Origin: Vicinamibacterales bacterium
GTDB taxonomy: Bacteria; Acidobacteriota; Vicinamibacteria; Vicinamibacterales; JAMQPK01
Direction: 5' to 3'
Assembly: GCA_036556585.1 (NCBI GenBank)
Contig: DATBJG010000321.1
Coordinates: forward strand, 1-58,354
DNA length: 58,354 nt
Positions 1-7,844 of this stretch are shown here, piece by piece; positions within the stretch are counted from its first letter, which is position 1, and every line of letters starts with the position of its first letter. Under the pieces are notes generated by a model, which had not been told where the DNA came from, did no database searches, and saw nothing but the letters and a program-made list of their open reading frames with translations. A program made the position numbers and the translations under genes.

Positions 1-77
1 TTCTGTATTCGCTGGAATTCGCGTGTCAACGGGCTCGCAGCGAGCTGGTTCCTCGTGGCACTCGATGTGACAAAGTA

Positions 78-563
78 GTGCCAGAGCTGAGAGCCGAAAG
101 TCGAAAACCGAGAGCCCCAAAACCGAAATCCGAGAGCCGAAGGCCGAGAGCCAAATTGAAGGTTCTGCTCATTGACGACACGCCTGAGATTGCCGAACTT
201 CTGACATTTGCGTTGCGCGATCGCGGTTTTGAGGTAGTGGCCGAGGGCTACTCGGCGCTCATCAACGAGCGCATCATCGAGCATCGAGCCGACGCGGTTG
301 TGCTTGATTGCTCGGCGTACGACATGAGCGAGTCGCTCTTCGACACGATTCGCGATCACTCCCCGCACGCCGAACTGCCGATCGTCATCATCAGCGATAC
401 GCCAGAGGATGCCGACCGAAGCCTCCGCGCGCGCCAGGCGCAGCATGTGTTGCTCGTGCCGAAGCCGTTTACCGGATCCCAGGTTGCCCGCGCCCTCGCG
501 GCGCTTCTACCGAAGGACGCGGCGGAGATCTCGAATGTCGAAAGCCGAGACCCGCAAGCCTAG
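78..563 (+). CDS. single-domain response regulator (CheY-like receiver)
   Basis: Receiver signature KVLLIDD...DAVVLD...VPKP in the track ORF. The first ~26 codons are read through a heptamer array, so an internal TTG at 156 (giving MKVLLIDD) is an equally plausible start. Confidence 0.75.
   Translation: MPELRAESRKPRAPKPKSESRRPRAKLKVLLIDDTPEIAELLTFALRDRGFEVVAEGYSALINERIIEHRADAVVLDCSAYDMSESLFDTIRDHSPHAELPIVIISDTPEDADRSLRARQAQHVLLVPKPFTGSQVARALAALLPKDAAEISNVESRDPQA
86..155. repeat. heptanucleotide tandem array, ~10 units of GCCGARA/CCGAGAG type
   Basis: Read directly: gctgaga gccgaaa gtcgaaa accgaga gccccaa aaccgaa atccgag agccgaa ggccgag agccaaa. Confidence 0.85.
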
Positions 564-642
564 ACCCGCGCGCGAGAGCCGAGAGACTAGACCCGAGACC
601 CGAGAGCCAAACACGAGAGCCGAGAGCCTAGAGCCGAAACCC
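531..642. repeat. heptanucleotide tandem array, ~16 units of CCGAGAC/CGAGAGC type, same orientation as 86-155
   Basis: Read directly: tcgaatg tcgaaag ccgagac ccgcaag cctagac ... gagagcc gagagcc tagagcc gaaaccc. Spans the stop of the receiver gene and ends just before the next start. Confidence 0.85.
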
Positions 643-646
643 GACC

Positions 647-964
647 ATGTGGTCTCTCAACGACTGGGAGTACGTCGAGCGGCAGGTGGTGACCGATCCG
701 AAGGGTCGTCAGTGGTCGATTGCGCTGATGGATCTGCTGGGACAGAAGGGGGATCCCGACCGGCCCAGTGAGTGGCTCGAGCTGCAGTACTCCTCCGGTC
801 GATATTTCACTCTCGTCTATTCGTCGAGCGGTGCGATTCAGCGGGAACAAGGGTATACGTCCCTGGCAGAGGCAACCCGCGCCTACGAACGGCTCCTTCT
901 TGCCGTCGTCGACGGCACGCTCGATCCTGCCCAGCCCGTATTCCGGGAAGATCTGGAAGACTGA
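647..964 (+). CDS. hypothetical protein (105 aa)
   Basis: ORF begins right after the repeat array and has a protein-like composition. I recognise no motif. Confidence 0.5.
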   Translation: MWSLNDWEYVERQVVTDPKGRQWSIALMDLLGQKGDPDRPSEWLELQYSSGRYFTLVYSSSGAIQREQGYTSLAEATRAYERLLLAVVDGTLDPAQPVFREDLED

Positions 965-1021
965 GACCCACCCTCCTTGGGATTACGCCAAACAGCGTAG
1001 CCGCGGAGCTGACTAGACGTC

Positions 1022-1046
1022 TTAGTCTATAGATATGATAGACTAA
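1022..1046. promoter_or_regulatory. AT-rich perfect palindrome TTAGTCTA-N9-TAGACTAA (candidate operator)
   Basis: Read directly. The core TAGTCTA recurs at 1383-1389 just upstream of the Rrf2 start, and a near-palindrome gactagacgtcttagtc lies at 1011-1027. Confidence 0.4.
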
Positions 1047-1099
1047 TACCGAAATGGCTTCTCACGGCCTGCCCCTGCCGTCCGCTCCATTCCATCCCA

Positions 1100-1336
1100 C
1101 TGCGGCGGCGTTCGGTCTTGCGCGGACCGGGAATCGTGACGACCGACCTGACACTTGAAAAGAACATCCCGTTCGGAGACCGTTTTCGGCTCGACCTGCG
1201 GGTCGAAGCGTACAACCTCTTCAACCGGGCAAATTTCAACATGCCGGGCGCCACGCTTGGCGCGCCGGACTTTGGCGTGATCTCGAGTGCCCGTGCCGCT
1301 CGCACGCTGCAGCTGGCCACGCGGCTCAGTTTTTGA
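1100..1336 (+). pseudogene. 3' remnant of a TonB-dependent receptor gene (C-terminal ~70 codons only)
   Basis: Translation ...DLTLEKNIPFGDRFRLDLRVEAYNLFNRANFNMP...RTLQLATRLSF matches the C-terminal barrel strands and terminal aromatic residue of TonB-dependent receptors (compare the end of 29503-32562). The upstream in-frame sequence is AT-rich palindromic DNA, not receptor-like. Confidence 0.6.
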
Positions 1337-1357
1337 GCAAACCGGGCCCCGGATGGC

Positions 1358-1390
1358 TTGACAACTTACCCTATAGGTCTAGTAGTCTAA
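1358..1390 (+). promoter_or_regulatory. putative Rrf2 promoter/operator (TTGACA then taggtcta-g-tagtctaa)
   Basis: TTGACA at 1358-1363 and TAGTCT at 1383-1388. The GTG start at 1397 leaves a very short leader. The -10 assignment is weak. Confidence 0.3.
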
Positions 1391-1396
1391 TTTCGC

Positions 1397-1855
1397 GTGC
1401 TGTCGAAGAAATCGAAGTACGGCCTCAAGGCGCTTCTGGTTTTGGGACGAGAGGCAGGTCGGGGACCGGTTCTTGTTTCCGATATTGCCGATCGCGAAGC
1501 CATTCCCAGAAAGTTTCTCGAGGCCATTCTTCTCGAGCTCAAACGTCACGGCATCGTCGAGAGCAAGAAGGGCAAGGGTGGCGGCTATTTCCTGCGCCGG
1601 CCACCGGCAGACGTCGCGTTTGGTGAGGTGATTCGGGTGCTCGAGGGACCGCTCGCGGCGGTCTCGTGCGTCAGTCAGACGGCATATATGAAGTGTGCCG
1701 AATGCGTTGACGAGGAAACCTGCGGCGTTCGCCTGGCCATGAAGCAGGTCCGCGACGCCACGGCCCGAATCCTCGATCACAAGACGCTGGCGGACGTGAA
1801 CTTGCAGGTCGCCCGAATGCACCGCCGGACCGGTCGAAGTGGACGAGGACGGTAG
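1397..1855 (+). CDS. Rrf2 family transcriptional regulator (Cys-containing, IscR/CymR/NsrR-like)
   Basis: N-terminus MLSKKSKYGLKAL..., wHTH IPRKFLEAILLELKRHGIVESKKGKGGGY, and a Cys cluster C-x8-C-x2-C-x5-C. Confidence 0.9.
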   Translation: MLSKKSKYGLKALLVLGREAGRGPVLVSDIADREAIPRKFLEAILLELKRHGIVESKKGKGGGYFLRRPPADVAFGEVIRVLEGPLAAVSCVSQTAYMKCAECVDEETCGVRLAMKQVRDATARILDHKTLADVNLQVARMHRRTGRSGRGR

Positions 1856-1875
1856 AAGGGCGCAACGCTAACCCC

Positions 1876-2901
1876 ATGATCGAGTCGCAAGCCCTCACGC
1901 TCGTTGTCATCACCTTCGTCGCCGCCATTGTCAACGGCGCCCTCGGCTATGGGTTCTCGTCTATTACCGTTCCGATTGCACTGTTATTCCTCGCCAATCG
2001 CGTTCTCAACCCCGCGCTGGTCCTGATCGAAGTCGTCCTCAATGCCTACGTTCTGTGGAACAACCGGGATGCGCTGCCGAATATCTGGCGCCGGGTGATG
2101 CCGATTGTGATCGGACTCGCGCCGGGCGTCATGCTAGGCACGGTTATCGTGTCCGAATTGAACCCGAGCCATCTGCGGTTCGGCACCTTCCTGGTTCTGC
2201 TTCCGCTGATTCTCGTGCAGGCGGCCGGGTACCGGCGACCGATCCGGTCGGAACGGTCCGTCGGCGTCATCTTTGGAACTGGCGTGGGTGTCCTGTATTC
2301 GGTCACGACTATTTCTGGACCGCCGCTGGCGGTCATGCTCAACAACCAGGGTTACGCCAAACGCGATTTTCGCGCTGCGCTTGGTCTGGTGCGCCTGGCC
2401 GAGTCGACGATGACGGCTGTCGCGTACGCGTATGTGGGTTTGTTTACCGCGACGAGCATGGCGCTCATTCCGTGGATCGTACCGAGCATCCTCATTGGCG
2501 TGCCCATTGGCGCCTTCATCATTCAACGGATCCGCGTGGAGACGTTCCGCCGTATCTGCATGAGCTTTGATGCGTATGTCGTGGCATTCGGGATATCCCG
2601 GTTGCTCGACGAATTGCGGCTGGTCGAAAGCCCCGCGGCGTATCTCGTGCTCGTGGCTGTGGCTGTGATCGATACGTGGCTGTTGATTCGGTTCTTTTCA
2701 CAAGGAGTGGACGAGTCGATCACGACTCAATCTGAAAGCGGTCCGCCATCAACGCGCGACAGAGCCCTGATCCCGACCGAGGACGCGGCGCACTTCGCGC
2801 GCCAGCGCGACGAAGGTGAACGGCTTTTGCAGGAACGGCAGCCCGTCGTCACCCACGCCGCGGCGCACGACCGCGTCATCCGTGTAGCCCGACATGAATA
2901 G
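1876..2901 (+). CDS. TauE/SafE (TSUP, DUF81) family anion exporter with ~80-aa non-membrane tail
   Basis: Multi-TM protein with Gly-rich TSUP-like helices. The last 153 nt overlap the convergent kinase gene. Confidence 0.8.
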   Translation: MIESQALTLVVITFVAAIVNGALGYGFSSITVPIALLFLANRVLNPALVLIEVVLNAYVLWNNRDALPNIWRRVMPIVIGLAPGVMLGTVIVSELNPSHLRFGTFLVLLPLILVQAAGYRRPIRSERSVGVIFGTGVGVLYSVTTISGPPLAVMLNNQGYAKRDFRAALGLVRLAESTMTAVAYAYVGLFTATSMALIPWIVPSILIGVPIGAFIIQRIRVETFRRICMSFDAYVVAFGISRLLDELRLVESPAAYLVLVAVAVIDTWLLIRFFSQGVDESITTQSESGPPSTRDRALIPTEDAAHFARQRDEGERLLQERQPVVTHAAAHDRVIRVARHE

Positions 2902-5055
2902 CACCCGCGTTTCCGACCGGTGGGCGGACAGCTTTTCCCACAACGCTCGACCGTTCATTCCCGGCATCACGACGTCCGTCAGCAGCAGGTGTATTGGCCC
3001 CGCGGTGCGCGATGCCAACTCCAGGGCTTCGTCACCCCTTGCCGCTTCGATCACGGAATAACCCTCTCGATTGAGCACTTCGCGCGCGAATTTCCGCACG
3101 CGCGTGTCGTCTTCAGCAAGCAGCACTGTTTCGGCCCGTTCGCGCGGCGAGCTGACCGGGCGTTCCTCCACCGGCAGTTCCGGTTCGCGGTTCACACGTG
3201 GCAGGACGATCCGGAAGACGGTGCCGCGGTTCAACTCACTTTCGACGGCTATCGACCCGCCGCTTTGCTGCACGATCCCGTAAACCATGGCAAGGCCGAG
3301 GCCGGTCCCGCGACCCGCCTCCTTGGTTGTGAAAAACGGCTCGAAAATGTGTGACAGCGTGTCGGCATCGATGCCGCAGCCGGTATCGCGGACGGTGATC
3401 CGCACATAGGAACCGGGGCTGATGGCAGGCGAATACGTCGCATCAGCGCTCTCGAGCGTGACGTTTGCGAGATCGATGGTCAGTTGGCCGCCGGTCGGCA
3501 TGGCGTCCCGTGCGTTCACGACCAGGTTCATGATCACCTGTTCGATCTGGCCAGGATCCGCTCGAATCGACCAAAGAGCCTGATCCACGTGAACGGCCAG
3601 CTCGATGTCTTCGTCAAGCAACCGTCGAAGCATCTTTTCTGTGCCTGTCACGATCTGCCCGAGGTGAAGCACCTTGGGAGCCAGAATCTGCTTGCGGCTG
3701 AACGCCAGCAACTGACGCGTCAGCGCGCCGGCGCTTTCGGTCGTCCTCAGGATCTGTTGCACATCGTCACGGCGACCATCGTCCGGCGGCAGGCTCATAA
3801 GGAGCAACTCGCCGTAACCGTGAATGGCCATCAGCAGGTTGTTGAAGTCGTGTGCCACGCCACCGGCCAGCTGTCCGATAGCATCCATCTTCTGAGAGTG
3901 GCGGAGCTGACTTTCTCGATGCTGCGCCTCGGCGTGCCAGTGGGTCAGCGTTTCGGTCATCTCGTTGAACGCGGTGGCCATTGCGGTTGCCTCGTCCCGG
4001 CCGCGAGTGGGCACACGCCGGTCCCACCGGCCGGCGGCGATGTCCTGGGCAACAGCCGCCACTTCTTTGAGCGGCCGGGTCACGCGTCTGCTGAGCAGGA
4101 CTCCGCCTGCAAGTGCGAACAGAAAGGTGATGCCGCCAAGCCAGATCACTCGAGACTGGATCTCGTCGACAAATGTCTGGGTTGGTTGCCAGTCCTGAAG
4201 AAGCACGAGCGTTCCGATGCTGGAATTGGACGGATCGGTTTCGAGCGGATAGACCCCGCTGACGTATTGCATTCTCCCGAGTGGACGGAGCGCCGGTGGT
4301 TGACCGACCCGACCGAGAGTCCGGGCATCGCCGGTCAATTCTGCCGCCAGCGCACCGCGGAGGGCGGGTGCGAGGCTGCTGCCACTGATGCGGTCGTTCC
4401 AGATCATGTTGACTTCGCACCGGGTAGTGCGGGAGAGCTCGCGTGCCACGACATCGTCGAGCGGGTAGCCGACGGTAACGGTGCCCAGCACCTCATTCGC
4501 AAACGTCGCAGGCTCTGTGACGACGATATTCAACTGTTGATCGATCGGAACGACCGCGCGATGAGATCGCCCCTGTCGGCCTGCGTCGATGCCGCGCGCG
4601 AGTTCGGTCGGAAGGGGAGTCTCCCCGAGCCATGGGGGGCCCGCAATCGCCACGCCGGCCGCATCGGTCACCAGTAGAAAGCGTGCACCAAGCGCGCGCC
4701 GATACCCGTCGGCCATTTCCTGAAGAGTCGCCGCATCGCGGGCAAGGCGAACGTCGGTCATGTGCGCGCGAAAGACCGGTAGCTCTGTGATCAACCGAAT
4801 CTGGGCAGCCGCTGCCTCGACGCGGTCGTCCACCAGGTTGTCAAAGGCAGCGCGTGCAGCCTGGAGGTCGTCGGCGGCACGCACCACGGCATTTGTCCGA
4901 ACGACGCGGGCGGTCAAAAAGAGCACGGCAGCGAGCGAAAATCCGGCCACAAGGCTAATACCGACGACGACGCGCGCTTCGAGGCGTCGATGCCAGGGGA
5001 TCGATCGTATGGGAGGTCGCGGGGATGCAATTGGCAACGGCAGGCGATTGGCCAC
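2749..5055 (-). CDS. hybrid sensor histidine kinase (periplasmic sensor, HAMP, HisKA, HATPase_c, C-terminal receiver)
   Basis: H-box GGVAHDFNNLL, N-box NLVVNARDAM, G-boxes DTGCGI and GTGLGLAMV, receiver LLAEDD...DVVMPGMNG. GTG start 4 nt after the upstream stop. Confidence 0.9.
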   Translation of the reverse strand: MANRLPLPIASPRPPIRSIPWHRRLEARVVVGISLVAGFSLAAVLFLTARVVRTNAVVRAADDLQAARAAFDNLVDDRVEAAAAQIRLITELPVFRAHMTDVRLARDAATLQEMADGYRRALGARFLLVTDAAGVAIAGPPWLGETPLPTELARGIDAGRQGRSHRAVVPIDQQLNIVVTEPATFANEVLGTVTVGYPLDDVVARELSRTTRCEVNMIWNDRISGSSLAPALRGALAAELTGDARTLGRVGQPPALRPLGRMQYVSGVYPLETDPSNSSIGTLVLLQDWQPTQTFVDEIQSRVIWLGGITFLFALAGGVLLSRRVTRPLKEVAAVAQDIAAGRWDRRVPTRGRDEATAMATAFNEMTETLTHWHAEAQHRESQLRHSQKMDAIGQLAGGVAHDFNNLLMAIHGYGELLLMSLPPDDGRRDDVQQILRTTESAGALTRQLLAFSRKQILAPKVLHLGQIVTGTEKMLRRLLDEDIELAVHVDQALWSIRADPGQIEQVIMNLVVNARDAMPTGGQLTIDLANVTLESADATYSPAISPGSYVRITVRDTGCGIDADTLSHIFEPFFTTKEAGRGTGLGLAMVYGIVQQSGGSIAVESELNRGTVFRIVLPRVNREPELPVEERPVSSPRERAETVLLAEDDTRVRKFAREVLNREGYSVIEAARGDEALELASRTAGPIHLLLTDVVMPGMNGRALWEKLSAHRSETRVLFMSGYTDDAVVRRGVGDDGLPFLQKPFTFVALAREVRRVLGRDQGSVAR

Positions 5056-5058
5056 AAT

Positions 5059-6054
5059 CTACCAGCCGTGTCTGAGTGTGACGGTCAGCCCGACATCGAT
5101 GCCGGTCTTTTTCCCGTTGGCGAGGGGCTCGGTTTGGTGCAACACATTGAAGTGACCCGCGATTGCTGTCGTGAGCTGAACGCGTCCGCCGGCGGTATAT
5201 CGAGTGTTGAACGCGGACCGGCGGCCGGCCTCGTAGTCGAGGTCTTCAACCCGGCCCACCAGCGTGAATGGTCCAAGAGCCGGTTTGTGAACCATGGCAT
5301 CGACGTACCATCCGTCGGTCGACACCGAATCGAACGGCCTTCCGGCAATGTACTCACCTCTCAGTTGAATGCCGTTCTGCATCCAGCGCACGTCAACGCC
5401 CGTGAAGACCATCTGGCCGCGGGCAAAGCTCCGGCGCTCGTACGGTTTCGAACGAAGATGACTGAATCCCACGACCAAGGATCCACGGTAGGCCTGCACG
5501 TGAACGACCGGGTCGAAACCGGGGCGGCGGACGGCGGTGCCAATGTCCTGAGGGACGCCTAGGCTGACCTCGGCATTGACACTGGGTGTGCCGACGATGA
5601 GATTTGCGCCGCCCTCGAGAAAGTGATTCGACAGCCCGTAGTAACCGTCGTACCGGATCAGCGGGGCGCGAAGGAAACCTGTATAGGCATGGTCGCCGCG
5701 CGAGTAGATTCCGAATGGTGTGCGGTAACGACCGAGCCGCGCGCCGGCCAGCCAGCGACTTCCATGAACGATCCGTTCCGCATAGGCTTCGACGAGCTGC
5801 AACCGGCCGGCGTATGGATAGGCCCCGCCAAACGCGTCGGTCTCTGCGTCCGACCGCGTGGCCCATGCGCCTTCAACGTACACGCGAATCTCCGATTCCA
5901 GCTCACCAAACAGCCTCGCCTGCGTTCCGAGAATCGCAACTTCCTCGCTCGAGCCTCCCGTCACAACCGACAACTCGCTCGTGAACGACTGAGCGTCCGC
6001 TGTTGCAGTTGCCGTGAGTACGCAAGTACAGATGACGGAGACCAGGGACTTCAT
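5059..6054 (-). CDS. putative outer-membrane beta-barrel (porin-like) protein
   Basis: Signal peptide MKSLVSVICTCVLTATATADA, Gly/Tyr/Arg-rich alternating strands, and a C-terminal ...LRHGW. Start trimmed to the ATG in an ATGA overlap with the upstream stop. Confidence 0.6.
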   Translation of the reverse strand: MKSLVSVICTCVLTATATADAQSFTSELSVVTGGSSEEVAILGTQARLFGELESEIRVYVEGAWATRSDAETDAFGGAYPYAGRLQLVEAYAERIVHGSRWLAGARLGRYRTPFGIYSRGDHAYTGFLRAPLIRYDGYYGLSNHFLEGGANLIVGTPSVNAEVSLGVPQDIGTAVRRPGFDPVVHVQAYRGSLVVGFSHLRSKPYERRSFARGQMVFTGVDVRWMQNGIQLRGEYIAGRPFDSVSTDGWYVDAMVHKPALGPFTLVGRVEDLDYEAGRRSAFNTRYTAGGRVQLTTAIAGHFNVLHQTEPLANGKKTGIDVGLTVTLRHGW

Positions 6055-6620
6055 GGCCATCGAATGTCCAGAGGCTGTCCCGGCCGAAGCGTGACAGAAC
6101 CGGTGAGCGGCTGAGTTCCGGCACGCCACGCGTGATAGGTGTAAGACCCTTCAGGGACGCCGCGAAGGGTGAACGCCCCCGTGTCATCGGAGACGGCAAA
6201 TGCCGGAGAATCGACCGCGACAACGTACGCCGCCATCTGCGGATGGATGTTGCAGAAAATTCGGCTCACGCCGGGCTTGTCGAACGTGACCCGTTTCACG
6301 CTTCCAATGGGGTAGAGACCCAGATCGAACTTCTTGCCATCGCGGAACGAAAAGACGTTGTGAAAGACGCGGTCGTTATTTGGAAAGTCCACTATCGTAC
6401 CGACCTGCACGGCAAGGACGCGCGGTGAAAATCGCAGGTTGCGCTGATCCAGGACAGTCCGGCGCGAATCCATCGAACGAGAAAGCGCCGGCGACTCCAG
6501 CCACACCACCACATCCGGCTCAGGCGTATCGCCGAGGCGTGCCGTACCCTGCACGTCGAGATGTATTGCGGCGGTCGCAAGGCTCGCAAACCACAGAGCA
6601 GCCGCCAGTAAGCTGGACAT
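6051..6620 (-). CDS. secreted cupredoxin-like protein (amicyanin/plastocyanin-type ligands) with CarboxypepD_reg-like C-terminal domain
   Basis: Start trimmed to MSSLLAAALWFASLATAA (signal peptide). Contains FHNVFS and FCNIHPQM (C-x2-H-x2-M) plus a C-terminal FTLRGVPEGSYTYHAW Ig-like motif. Confidence 0.65.
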   Translation of the reverse strand: MSSLLAAALWFASLATAAIHLDVQGTARLGDTPEPDVVVWLESPALSRSMDSRRTVLDQRNLRFSPRVLAVQVGTIVDFPNNDRVFHNVFSFRDGKKFDLGLYPIGSVKRVTFDKPGVSRIFCNIHPQMAAYVVAVDSPAFAVSDDTGAFTLRGVPEGSYTYHAWRAGTQPLTGSVTLRPGQPLDIRWP

Positions 6621-6811
6621 CCCTATATCTTGGTTATCGGCAGGTGGTTGGCGATCTGCACGCAAAGTAACGCGGTGGACTGCTGCGCAATTGGAGCTCG
6701 GCCGTACGATGTTTCGGTCAGCGCTCTCCGCACGCACATCGGGTACGCCACGTGCCAAATCGACAAATTTGATGCTGTTTCGGACTACCGGGTGCTTATA
6801 GGATCACCACT

Positions 6812-7444
6812 ATGACTCGCGCGCGTGTACTGCTGGCGGACGACCATACATTGGTGGCCGAAGGGATCGGGACCCTGCTGAAGGACCGTTACAAGATTGT
6901 TGGCATCGTGAATGATGGTCACTCGCTGGTGCAGGCGGCGCTCAAGCTGCGGCCTGACGTGATCGTGGCGGATATCTCAATGCCGCGAAAAAGCGGATTG
7001 GAGGCGTTGCGCGAGCTCAAGGCACTGGGGCTGCCTGCCAAGTTCCTGGTTTTGACGATGGACGCCGATCCATTGATGGCCGTTGAAGCACTGGAGGCTG
7101 GCGCGGCTGGGTATCTATTGAAGCACTCAACTGCGACCGACCTCTTCATGGCCATGCAGGAGGTGTTGAAGGGTCGCATCTACACGTCACCGTCAGCGCA
7201 AATCCCGAGACTGTCCAACAAGGTGGAGCTCTTGCGGACGCGTCCAATCGAGCTCTCGCCACGCCGTCGCGAAGTCCTGCGTCTCATCGCTCAGGGGCAA
7301 CGGCCAAAGCAGATCGCCTCCGAGCTCGGGCTCTCGAAGCGCACGGTCGAAACTCATAAGTACGAAATCATGAGCACGCTCGGCCTGCGGAGCACGGCGG
7401 AGCTCGTGCGGTACGCGGTCAAACTGCGTCTCGTGCCGGAGTGA
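6812..7444 (+). CDS. NarL/FixJ-family response regulator (REC + LuxR-type HTH)
   Basis: RVLLADDH...DVIVADISMP receiver and LSPRRREVLRLIAQGQRPKQIASELGLSKRTVETHK HTH. Confidence 0.9.
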   Translation: MTRARVLLADDHTLVAEGIGTLLKDRYKIVGIVNDGHSLVQAALKLRPDVIVADISMPRKSGLEALRELKALGLPAKFLVLTMDADPLMAVEALEAGAAGYLLKHSTATDLFMAMQEVLKGRIYTSPSAQIPRLSNKVELLRTRPIELSPRRREVLRLIAQGQRPKQIASELGLSKRTVETHKYEIMSTLGLRSTAELVRYAVKLRLVPE

Positions 7445-7445
7445 G

Positions 7446-7487
7446 CACCAGTCACTGCCCACTGGCCACTAGCCACTACCCATCGCT
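7446..7487. repeat. heptanucleotide tandem array, 6 units CACTNNC type
   Basis: Read directly: caccagt cactgcc cactggc cactagc cactacc catcgct. Sits between two convergent stops and covers the last codons of the DUF1622 gene. Confidence 0.8.
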
Positions 7488-7843
7488 TCCGCGCGCCGGA
7501 CCTCAGTACCGGATTCGGCGGCACTCTCCAGATCTTTTTCCAGGAAGTAGTTCAGGAAGGTTCGGATGACCGCAATCGCCCCGAGTTCGGCGATGTCCAT
7601 CCAGGTTGGGGATACGACACTTCGGATGATGTCGGCGGCCAGCTCGAATTCGAGCCCGAGGAGCAACCACACACCAAACCGACGCCAGATTTCCTTGCGT
7701 TCGCCGTGCGTCGCACGTCCCCGACCGACGAGTCCGAGAATTCGCGCGAACGCTTCGGCGGCGCCGAACGCGACCACGAGCACGGCGGCGGCTTCGACTG
7801 CCAGCGCAACGCCACCGGCGAAGACTCCAACAAGTTCCTCCAC
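7469..7843 (-). CDS. DUF1622 family membrane protein
   Basis: RFGVWLLLGLEFELAADIIRSVVSPTWMDIAELGAIAVIRTFLNYFLEKD matches the DUF1622 pattern. Start trimmed to a GTG just after the upstream TGA. Confidence 0.7.
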   Translation of the reverse strand: MEELVGVFAGGVALAVEAAAVLVVAFGAAEAFARILGLVGRGRATHGERKEIWRRFGVWLLLGLEFELAADIIRSVVSPTWMDIAELGAIAVIRTFLNYFLEKDLESAAESGTEVRRAEAMGSG

Positions 7844-7844
7844 G

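Noticed and set aside
1118-1336. Stand-alone 72-aa gene, as given in the ORF track.
   Set aside because: The sequence is the C-terminal barrel end of a TonB-dependent receptor with no signal peptide, plug or RBS. It is called as a remnant.
3484-4677. 397-aa plus-strand ORF inside the hybrid kinase gene. Similar long antisense ORFs occur at 11156-11971, 13964-14803, 20897-21715, 23822-24577, 26919-27746, 30751-32100, 33313-34986 and 43936-44748.
   Set aside because: Each lies entirely antisense to a gene with clear family motifs. Their translations are Arg/Gly/His/Pro-rich with no recognisable motif. This is the expected shadow-ORF artefact of high-GC DNA.
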